A DNA stretch of 9,342 nt from Candidatus Vampirococcus lugosii (GCF_018420025.1 NZ_JAEDAM010000039.1:1-9342); one strand, 5' to 3'. Numbered from the stretch's first letter, positions 1-8,314 are shown. Notes: generated by a model not told the origin, from the sequence alone. Program-made: numbers and translations.

Positions 1-1076
1 GATTCAAAAAAAGAACTTGGCATAATTGAAATTGGTCTGATTGGGAAATAACTTGCAATTCTTGATATACAAAATTTTGAAATTCTTGTAAAAAGAGAAT
101 TTCTTGAGGTTGAGGATGAACAAGATGGACAGTACCAAAAGAAAATCAAAAAGATAAAAAATTGGAAGAAAATAATCAAAATAAAGCTAAAAAAGAAGAA
201 AATAAAGAAAAAGAAGATAAAGATAAAAAAAATGACAAACAGGAAAATAAAAAAGTAAAAGAAGATAAAAAAGATAAAAAATTGGAAAAAAATAATAAAA
301 ACGAAGCTATAAATAAAATTTTAGAAAAAATAATTGATGAAAAAAAATGAAAAAATATAAATAAAAGAATAAAAATTGAAAATAAAGAATTAAAAGAAAA
401 ATTATATTTATTTAATAAAATAATAAATTTTAATAAATTTGATAAAATTTTATCTTGAAATAAATATTATCAAGAAATGTTAATTTATTATCAATATATG
501 ATATTATGAATAGATTATTTTTTAGAAACAAGAAATCCTATTTATAAAGAGATTATTTTTGAAAATTATAAAAAATTTGATTATATATATAATATATTTA
601 ATGAAAATTATGAAAAAATAAATAATTTAATAAACAAAAATAAAAAAAATGAAAATAATACTGAAAATATTATAAATTATTACATAAAAAATTGAGTAGT
701 AAAAGAAAATATATTTAATAAATTAGATAATATTATTACAAAAAAAGAATTAGCAAAATTAATGAAATCTATAAATGATAATACTTCAATAATTAATTTA
801 AATGCAAATAAATGATGTTATATTACAGATATTTGAAATTTGGATTGAGTTTATGATTCAAGTATTAGATGGGCATGTTGAGTTTGAATTTTATGAACAG
901 AAAATAATAAATTCAATCCATACTCCCCTATTCAAATAAATAAATTTTACTCAAATTTATCAAAGTTTCATAATATTAATTATGAATTCAATAATAAATC
1001 TTTATTGAATTATAAAACAATTTTGATTGATTTATATGAAAATGAAAATGAAAATGAAAATATAAATCTAAAATAA
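1..1076 (+). CDS. Hypothetical protein, 5' end outside the window (frame starts at nt 3). It has a Cys/Trp-containing N-terminal stretch, a long Lys/Glu/Asn-rich low-complexity linker and an Asn/Tyr-rich C-terminal region.
   Basis: The frame with codon starts divisible by 3 is open from nt 3 to TAA at 1074-1076 if TGA is sense. I checked every triplet and found no TAA/TAG. Track ORF 162..350 is an in-frame fragment of it. Translation (TGA=G): FKKRTWHNGNWSDWEITCNSGYTKFGNSCKKRISGGGGGTRWTVPKENQKDKK...EKIIDEKKGKNINKR...GCYITDIGNLDGVYDSSIRWACGVGILGTENNKF...LYENENENENINLK*. I recognise no family. Confidence 0.7.
151..308 (+). repeat. In-frame internal duplication inside the K/E-rich linker. A ~38-nt unit at 151-188 recurs at 271-308, an offset of 120 nt (40 codons).
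   Basis: aagataaaaaattggaagaaaataatcaaaataaagct (151-188) against aagataaaaaattggaaaaaaataataaaaacgaagct (271-308) has 4 mismatches. The peptides are KDKKLEENNQNKA and KDKKLEKNNKNEA. Confidence 0.6.
1038..1061 (+). repeat. Hexanucleotide microsatellite (GAAAAT)x4 encoding ENENENEN at the C-terminus of the first CDS.
   Basis: Four perfect tandem gaaaat units are read directly at 1038-1061, in frame. Confidence 0.9.
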
Positions 1077-1106
1077 TTAATTTTATAACTAAATTCTGGT
1101 TTAATT

Positions 1107-1361
1107 TTAATTATTTGAATTTAATTTATCATATTCCCATTTTATAGGATTTTCTATTATATATTTTTTTATTTTATTTAATTCATCTTCATTTCTAATA
1201 ATTCTATCATAATATGATTTTTGCCATGAAAATAAAAAATCATTTTGTATTGCATTTATTTGTTTTGTTATTGTTCATTTTAATCATTTCATAATTGTAG
1301 GGACAAATTGCATTGGTCATTCTTGATTATATGAAATATTATTTTTTGAAACAATATTTAT
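1107..1361 (-). pseudogene. C-terminal remnant of an IS200/IS605-like (REP-associated tyrosine transposase, RayT-like) transposase. The N-terminal catalytic part is missing.
   Basis: The minus-strand frame is open only from the TAA at 1362-1364 down to the TAA at 1107-1109. The first ATG is at 1313, giving a 68-aa ORF at 1107..1313. Translation: (INIVSKNNISYNQEGP)MQFVPTIMKGLKGTITKQINAIQNDFLFSWQKSYYDRIIRNEDELNKIKKYIIENPIKWEYDKLNSNN*. The WQxxxYDxIIRNxxEL..I..YIxxNPxxW tail is the characteristic C-terminus of this family, recalled from memory. There is no room upstream for the HUH/Tyr catalytic core. Confidence 0.5.
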
Positions 1362-1378
1362 TTAAAATAATTAATTTA

Positions 1379-2383
1379 CTATTTAAAACTTCCTTTCAAA
1401 GGATAGTTATTTTTTATTTTTTTTATCATCAAAGATATTATTTTTAATAATTCTTTATTATTTTTTTCTAATTCATCATAATGAGGATAGTCAGATATAG
1501 ATCATGATTTTTTCAATAATTCTAAACAATAATAAGCATTATTAACTTCCCTATCAATTTGATATAATTTGTCTAATAATTCTATTATATTTTTGGAATA
1601 TTTTGATTCATTTATTAAAATTCAAACTATAGTTCATGATTCAAAAAGCTTGTTATTAATAAGATTTTCTTTTTTATTTTCACAAATAAAATTATATAAT
1701 TTCACTATATTTAAACTAAATTCAAAAGACTTTTCTTTAAAAGTTTTATTTTTTTTAACATATTTATCATAAGCCTTATTTTTTTCTTCAAATAATTTCA
1801 TATTATTATAAATTATCAATTCAGTATCAAAATCTTTTGCTTTCAATATTATTTTAGAATTTTCTGTAAAAAGATTATTTTCATTATATAAATTATCTTT
1901 TTTTTCTTCTATATTTTGATAATCAAAATTTTGAAAAACTATATTTCAATATTTATTGTTTTTTTTATTATTTTTATTAGTTTCATTTTCTTGATTAGAT
2001 ATAATCTCTTCTATAATTTCTAATTTTCTATTTTTCAGAGAAAAATATATTTGAGCAAATTTTTTTTGTTCAATATCAACATTTATATTATGACTAATAA
2101 GATAACAAGCATATCTTGTTAAAACAATATCAGATATTTCTTTTTTATTTCATTCTCATAATTTTACAGATTTTGTTATATAAACAAAATTTTCAGAATG
2201 ATTATATCAAATTGTATTACAATAATCTATAGATTTTGATATAATATTCAAAAAATTATCCCATTTAGTATATCAAAATAATTTTTGTAAATCTCTTGCA
2301 AGCCAAAATTCTGCTCAATTTCAAATATTTTGAACATATTCTTCAAAATTCAAAAATAAATTCTTAATAAACAATTTATCCAT
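1379..2383 (-). CDS. dinD: DNA-damage-inducible protein D (DinD)-like domain fused in frame to a C-terminal four-helix-bundle domain of the 23S rRNA intervening-sequence protein / DGR Avd family. Length 334 aa.
   Basis: ATG at 2383 is the first start after an in-frame TAA at 2405-2407. The stop is TAG at 1379-1381, followed by TAA. The frame contains 10 TGA and no TAA/TAG (scanned). N-terminus: MDKLFIKNLFLNFEEYVQNIGNGAEFWLARDLQKLFGYTKWDNFL...VKLGEGNKKEISDIVLTRYACYLISHN...AQIYFSLKNRKLE. This matches E. coli DinD from memory (NGAEQWSARQLGKLLGY...KDIVLSRYACYLVVQN...QTYFAIQTRRQE). C-terminus (about residues 219-334, nt 1382-1729): SFEFSLNIVKLYNFICENKKENLINNKLFESGTIVGILINES...LLDKLYQIDREVNNAYYCLELLKKSG. 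This matches the four-helix-bundle consensus (F.L.I.KLY..L...KE..L..QLLRSGTSIGANI.EA...KEA.ET.YWL.LL). Track ORF 1634..1846 is an in-frame fragment. Confidence 0.8.
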
Positions 2384-2443
2384 AATATTTTTTAATTTAA
2401 TTATTTAAATTATATTTTTATTTTTTTCTTAAAATTTCAATAA

Positions 2444-4672
2444 TTAATTCTCTTGTATATCTTCCAAATAAGAATTTATTGAATCTTGATCTATTTCTTT
2501 CAAAAACTCAATTGGATCAACTTTAAATCTATTAAAATCTGTTCTATTATTGGCAACCATATCAACAGAAAATCAAGGTATTCTATATGTATCTGATTCA
2601 GATATTATCTGTAATCTAGATAATCTATAATTCATATTTGTATCAAAAGTTCATTCAAACTCATGACCATTTACTGAAAAACTTAACATAAAAAATCATT
2701 CTTTTATAACTCTATTTATACTAACTTCTGATCAAAGATAATCTTTAAATCTAGATCTTAAAGACAAAATTTCTTGACGATCTAGACCCATAGAATCATC
2801 ATTTAATTTTACTAATTCTTCATATCATACACTAATAAAATTAATTACTTTTTGATCTGAAATATCTTTATTTGACGACATATCAGATAATTTTTTTTCT
2901 AAATTTTTATTATTTGTCTCAAATGAAATAAGTGTATTTGATTCCAATGATAAATTAATATAATCATTCTCATATTCTATACTAATATAATCATCTTGAC
3001 AATCTTTAATTTTTAAACCATCTTCCGAACTTACAAATTCTCTTAATCAATAACATATATTATATGTTGTATCTTGTCATTCAGATTTAATTAATACAGC
3101 TATATATTCAGATAAATCTCAAATTGATATATATTCCAAATTTTTCATATATTTATTTACTCCTTGATTAATATAATTATCATTTATTTTAATATTTTCT
3201 ATTTTAAAATCATATCAATAATCATTATAAAATAAAACTTGCACATCAAAATCTTTTTTAGATACTTTATCATCAACATTATATGAAACTGTCAATTTTC
3301 ATAAAGAAGTAAACTTTTTTTCTCAAGAACGTTTTCTCTTAGTCTCAATATAATTAGATAATTCTAATAAAAAATCATCATATTTACTAACAATAGTTTG
3401 TTTATTTATTTGCTCATCAGTTCATGCTCAATGTCCTTTATCTCATGATACAATAGTAAGTATTTCATCATCTCTTATTCATTCATATCAAACTAAATTA
3501 TCTCATCTACTAACATTAGAAATTTTATTTTCAATACTTAAAACACTATCTTTACTTGTTGCCATTATTGATGGATTTTTTTTGATATCGTCAGATATGA
3601 TATTTTTAAGATATTTTTCATTAAAATAAAAAACTATTTTTGAGTACATCTTATCAAGATTCTGTTTTTTTAATAATTCTTCCAAAAAAGATAAATAATT
3701 ATTTATTAGGCTAATAGAAGTTTTATTTAAAAGAATTTTTCTTTGAAAAATAATAATTTTTAAATTATTTAATTTATTATTTTTATAAACTCTAGTTCAT
3801 AATACTGAATTTAATTCAGATAAAAAAACATAATATTCTTGTGAAAATTTTAAATCAGATATTAATCCATCATCACATTGATTAACCATATTATCAAAAT
3901 AATCAATATTTCTTGATTGATATTTTATAGAATTATTAATTCATTTACAAAAATCAGCTTTATATTTATCTCAAACATTATTAAATATAGCACTTAAATC
4001 ACTTTCATATCATGAAAAATCATATAAATGCATATTAGTCAAAAAATTTTCTACATTTTTATTACATAAATAATTTAATAACTTACTTGAATTTAAACAT
4101 TTAAGACCAAAATCTGAAATAACATCATTTTTTATTCAAATAATATCTGGTTTATTTATCTTATTATAATCTAAACTTATATCATCATATAATATTTTTT
4201 CCAAATATCCTATAAATTCCTTTTTTTTTCAAGATTCCGTATATAATGGAACTGGCAAACTAGATAAATAAGCTTTATCTAATTCAAAATTAAATGGAAA
4301 AACAAATCAAGATAAATTAATTATATTAGAATTAGAATTTATTTTATTATCTCAAACTTCAAGAGTTCATCAAATCAAAGTAGTATTTAGATTTTCAACT
4401 TCTAAATCAACAACATCGTTTCATATATATAAATTATTTGCTTCAAATACAGATCAAGTCATACTATATCAATCTACTTTTCATCACATATTATCATATT
4501 TTACAGACATATAATCTGCATTAACATCAAAATCTACAAACCAAAAAAACAAAATAGAAACAATAATAATTATTATATATATTCAAGAAGGAAATAATAT
4601 ATTTCTTATTTTATCATATTTATTTATTATCAACAATAATTCTTCATTTAAATTATTTTTTTTATTATTCAT
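2444..4672 (-). CDS. Hypothetical 742-aa protein with a short N-terminal cytoplasmic tail, a single N-terminal TM helix and a large extracytoplasmic region. No family recognised.
   Basis: ATG is at 4670-4672 with an in-frame TAA just upstream at 4676-4678. The stop is TAA at 2444-2446. The frame contains 32 TGA and no TAA/TAG (scanned triplet by triplet). Track ORF 3503..3685 is an in-frame fragment. N-terminus: MNNKKNNLNEELLLIINKYDKIRNILFPSGIYIIIIIVSILFFWFVDFD, with the hydrophobic helix at about nt 4535-4585. C-terminus: ...FSVNGHEFEGTFDTNMNYRLSRLQIISESDTYRIPGFSVDMVANNRTDFNRFKVDPIEFLKEIDQDSINSYLEDIQEN*. Confidence 0.8.
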
Positions 4673-4887
4673 TTTTATTTTAATTTTTATATAATAAATA
4701 TTATTTAATCAATAAATATATTATAACAATATTTTATCAAATGTCAAAAAAAAAATTTAACAATTTGATGAAAAAATTTATACATAAAAAATCTTGATAA
4801 TTTTAATTTTTTAATTAAATAATAAATTATTATATATTTTTAGTAATATATAAATTGAAAATAATATAAAAAATAATCATTTAAAAT
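4673..4887. promoter_or_regulatory. Divergent intergenic region (215 bp) that must carry the promoters and 5' UTRs of the 742-aa gene (-) and the DedA-family gene (+).
   Basis: The call is positional only, because the region lies between two divergent start codons. A TTGATA hexamer sits at 4794-4799, and TATAAT-like strings are everywhere in this AT-rich context, so no specific -35/-10 pair can be supported. Confidence 0.3.
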
Positions 4888-5505
4888 ATGGAATTAGAAA
4901 TTATAAAAAATTTTTTGTTGGAAAACTTTTGGATTGGAAATTTAACTGTTTTTATTGCTGTCATTTTGGCAAATACATTTCCTATAATGTTTTTTGTATA
5001 TCCTTATTTAATAATTTTTTTATGAGTTTTTTTGTCAAAAAATTTTTGAGATTGGTATATTACATATTTTTTATTATTAATCTGATCTATCTTATGAGAA
5101 AGTATAAGTTATTTTTTTTGATATAAATATTGAGATAAACTTATAAAAAATAAACTATTCAAAAATGATAAATCACAAAAAATTTTAAATAAAATTTTAA
5201 ATAATAAATTTAAAACAATATTTTTTTGAAAAATAACACCATGAATATTTTGAATAATTCCTATTTTTTGTTGAATATTAAAAATAAATTTTACTTTTTT
5301 CTTCTTTACTAATTTATTAATTAGTATTCTTGCAGTAAGTTACATATTTTGATTTTTATATTTTGGTATAGAAATATTTGAAAAATATTTTTGAGAAAAT
5401 ATAATGTATATTATAATATATATCATTATTATATATTTAATATATCTATTTTTCAAAAATAGAAAAGAAATAATAAAAAATATAAAAAACATTAATAAAA
5501 AATAA
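4888..5505 (+). CDS. DedA / SNARE-associated (VTT domain) family inner-membrane protein, 205 aa.
   Basis: ATG is at 4888 and TAA at 5503-5505. Every codon was checked and only TGA interrupts the frame. Translation: MELEIIKNFLLENFWIGNLTVFIAVILANTFPIMFFVYPYLIIFLGVFLSKNFGDWYITYFLLLIGSILGESISYFFGYKYGDKLIKNK...FFGKITPGIFGIIPIFCGILKINFTFFFFTNLL... The G..LG(D/E)...Y..G...G and F.GK..PG.R...P..AG motifs are the DedA signature, and all four glycines of the first motif are TGA codons. Track ORF 4929..5126 is in the wrong frame. Confidence 0.85.
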
Positions 5506-5506
5506 T

Positions 5507-6637
5507 TTATGATAATATATCTTTTTTTATTTGTTCAGTTAAATTATGTAAATGGACTATATTATGCAATGATAATAATGTAGAACCTAACATTTCTTTT
5601 TCTTTAAATAAATGATGCAAATATCATCTCGTAAAATTTTTACATGTAAAACATTGACATTCATTATCCAAACTATCTTTACTCATTTTATGAATTGAAT
5701 TTTTTATTCTAATTCTTTCTCAACTACTATGAAATGCAACTCAATGTCTTGCAAGTCTTGTTGGTAAAACACAATCATACATATCTATTCATTGATATAT
5801 TGTTTCCAGTAAATCTTCAGGAGTTCCTACTCACATTAAATATCTTGGTTTATTTTCAAGCAATGAATTACTAAGCCAATCAACTACTTTATACATTTCT
5901 TCTTTAGTTTCTCATACACTTACTCATCATATTGCTATTCAGTCCCAAGCATAATTATTAAGAAAATCTAATGATTCTAATCTTAAATCTTTGTGCAATC
6001 ATCATTGTATAATAGGAAAAAGAACTCAATTTAAATCATTATACTTATTTTCAAAATAATCAAAAGCCTTTTTTGCCCATATATGTGTCAAATTCATTTG
6101 TTTAGCAGTTTGTTTTTTATCATTTCAATGCACAGGACTACATACATCCAAGACCATCATAATATCTGAAAACAAATCTCATTGTATATCAACTACTTTT
6201 TCTGGAGTAAAAATATGTTCTGATCAGTCTTTAGGAGATCTAAACCAAACTCAATCATTTTTTATTTTTACTAATGATTTATTTCTAGAACTTCTTTTAT
6301 CTAATCATAATGAAAATACTTGAAATCATCAACTATCTGTCAATATTAATCAATCCCAATTTTGAAATTTATGTAATCATCAAAAATATTTTACAGTTTT
6401 ATGTCAAGCACTTATATACATATGAAAAGTATTTGCCAAAATTATACCAATTTTTTTATCAGTTCAAGTATATTTAGGATCATTTAATATATCCAAAATC
6501 ATTGATTTAATAGTTGCTTTTGTTCATACGGGCATAAATACAGGAGTAGTTATCGTTTTTCAATTTAAATTTAATTTAGCGACTCTAGCTTTTCATTTAG
6601 TTTTTATAATATCAAATTTTAGTTTATTATTTTTCAT
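5507..6637 (-). CDS. tgt: tRNA-guanine transglycosylase (queuine tRNA-ribosyltransferase, bacterial preQ1 type), 376 aa.
   Basis: ATG is at 6635-6637 and TAA at 5507-5509. The length is 1131 nt, with 27 in-frame TGA and no TAA/TAG. Translation: MKNNKLKFDIIKTKGKARVAKLNLNGKTITTPVFMPVGTKATIKSM...[25 protein letters not shown]...MMVLDVCSP...FPIIQGGLHKDLR...WDGIAIGGVSVGE...[37 protein letters not shown]...CQCFTCKNFTRGYLHHL...SLHN. All hallmark Tgt motifs are present, including the CxCxxC zinc site with His 26 residues after the third Cys. The Cys in DVCSP and Val in SVGE are retained as in preQ1-type bacterial enzymes. Confidence 0.97.
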
Positions 6638-6739
6638 TTTTTGAGTATTGATTTTTTAGTAAAAATCTTTATTAATTATATATTAAATATAATTTAATTA
6701 AGTAATTTTCTTTTTATTTATTTTTTATATATTTTCAAT
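6638..6739. promoter_or_regulatory. Divergent intergenic region (102 bp) between the tgt start (-) and the 7TM protein start (+). Presumed to hold promoters for both genes.
   Basis: The call is positional. A TATAAT string at 6688-6693 is noted, but it is not significant at this base composition. Confidence 0.3.
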
Positions 6740-8314
6740 ATGAAAAAGTTTTTTATTTTTCTGTTTTTATATTTTACATTATTCTTTTCAAACTCATATT
6801 CTCAAGAAAATTTACAAATTTGAGAAAATTTTTCAACTTGAAGTATATTAAATCGAGATGATATCCAAAATTTTAATGTATGAATGAATTGTATAGAAAA
6901 TAAATATAAAATATCTGGTGAGGAAAATATAAAATATAATTCTTATTCAGATTATACTGTAAAAGCAAATGAAGAAATAAAATTATTCACTCCAGTAGAT
7001 GGTTTTATGCATATTTATAAGAATTGAAAAGAAGTATATTCTACAAATTGATTTTCTGTAAACTATGATTTCCCAGAAATTTGAGAATATGAAATTTTTT
7101 CTTATGTAGAAGATGCACAATGATGTTCTTATGAAATATGGCAAAAAATTAATTCATATAAAGATATATATACATATATAGGTGATGATATTCAACAATT
7201 AAGTCTTATTCAAAATACTTTTACTCAAAGAAATATTTATCTTGAAAAAATATTTATTCCACAAAAAAACTTTTTTTTGGAAGATGATTTTTTTTCTGTT
7301 ATATTAGAAAATACTGCTAATATTTCTGATTCAAGTATTATCATAATTAATAATGCAAATTTTTCTTCTATTTTTGAATTTTTGGGAAAATTTTCAAATA
7401 TTTATAAAATAGATCTTTCTGAAAAAGACTTTTTTCTTATTACAGATCAAAATACTAATTTTATTAAGAGAACTTTGGCACAATATATTAATAAAATTTG
7501 ACTTAAAAATATAAATATATTATCTTCTTGAGATATATTAAATTTATTTGATGATATATCACAAGATAATTTTAGAGTATATGAAAAAGAATATTTACAA
7601 ACTTTTTCAATATCTTTTGAAGATTCTGATAAACAATATTTTTTATCTTATGTTGTAGATGTATTATTATCAAATGATTTTCCTATTCATTTAATATGAA
7701 TTATACTAACTTTATCTACTTCCGTTTTGGTAGTAACTATTTTTAGACAAATTATAGGTTTTTCTGTATTTGGTGTTTATAATCCAATTTTGTTTGCTAT
7801 TAGTATGCTTGTTTTATGAATAAATTTAACTTTTATACTATTATTTGTATGATTATTATCTACTTTAGTAGTTAGATTATTTACCCAAAAAATATATTTA
7901 TTATATAGTGCAAAAATATCTTTACTTATGATAATATATTTTATATTAAGTTTTATTGTTTTTTGGATTGATAATGAATTTTGATTTTATTTTATAGATT
8001 ATTCTATATTTACAAATTCTTTTATTATGTTTCCATTAGTATTTATGATAATGGTATCAAATAAAATATTTAGCGAAAATTTTGTATTATTTAGTAAATC
8101 TTGGTTTATTTCTTTTATTGAATTTTTGATAGTATCTAGTGTAGTTTATACAATTATTACTTTATCAGAATTTGAATTTTTTATTTTAGCTTATCCAGAT
8201 TTTATTCTGTTAATATTAATTATAAATATTTTAGTTTGAAGATTTACTTGATTACAATTACTTGAATATATCCGTTTTATGCCTTTACTTAAAAATAAAT
8301 GAGAAGAAGAATAA
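6740..8314 (+). CDS. Secreted/membrane protein of 524 aa. It has a signal peptide, a ~290-aa extracytoplasmic domain of unknown fold and a C-terminal 7-TM module resembling the '7TM_transglut' (PF14402-like) family.
   Basis: ATG is at 6740 and TAA at 8312-8314. All codons were checked and only TGA interrupts the frame. Track ORFs 7277..7501 and 8027..8239 are in-frame fragments. N-terminus: MKKFFIFLFLYFTLFFSNSYSQENLQIGENF (signal-peptide-like). About seven hydrophobic segments lie between nt 7685 and 8239. The motif FRQIIGFSVFGVYNPILFAIS after TM1 and the C-terminal GRFTGLQLLEYIRF resemble, from memory, the conserved R..(V/I)G..TFGTF.P.L.A and (R/W)TGLRL.E..RF motifs of that 7TM family. Confidence 0.8.

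Noticed and set aside
15-95. The WSDW...C...GY...C stretch (TWHNGNWSDWEITCNSGYTKFGNSC) is reminiscent of WSxW/thrombospondin-type motifs.
   Set aside because: The match is only a four-residue motif at a truncated protein edge, which is too little to claim a domain.
1379-1729. Possible diversity-generating retroelement, because the four-helix-bundle domain belongs to the Avd family.
   Set aside because: There is no reverse transcriptase gene in the window. I saw no template/variable repeat pair with A-specific mismatches anywhere in the window.
1569-1772. Track ORF on the + strand (67 aa, MSNNSIIFLEYFDS...).
   Set aside because: It lies antisense to the DinD::4HB gene, has low-complexity hydrophobic composition typical of antisense AT-rich frames, and shows no family signal.
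2393-2410. AT-only inverted repeat aatttaa-ttat-ttaaatt downstream of the 742-aa gene stop, considered as a terminator.
   Set aside because: It has a 7-bp all-A/T stem with negligible stability. Such palindromes arise constantly at this composition, and the downstream gene may be co-transcribed.
4221-4229. A T9 homopolymer (A9 in the coding strand, SGKKKEF) inside the 742-aa gene, and T8 runs at 5112-5119 and 7271-7278, considered as possible phase-variation switches.
   Set aside because: Homopolymer runs of this length are expected by composition alone in ~20% GC DNA. There is no evidence of variability from a single sequence.
4741-4800. Small ORF in the divergent intergenic region (atg tca aaa aaa aaa ttt aac ... 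tct tga taa; 19 aa under table 25).
   Set aside because: It is very short and lysine-rich from an A10 run, with no supporting signal. It is most likely chance in AT-rich sequence.
4929-5126. Track ORF (65 aa, MDWKFNCFYCCHFGKY...).
   Set aside because: It is off-frame (frame 0) inside the DedA-family gene (frame 1). The DedA frame gives conserved motifs and this one does not.
6688-6693. Perfect TATAAT hexamer in the tgt/7TM divergent region (and many similar ones elsewhere), considered as a -10 element.
   Set aside because: TATAAT-like strings occur throughout coding and non-coding sequence here, and no convincing -35 partner was seen. The region is kept only as a low-confidence positional regulatory region.
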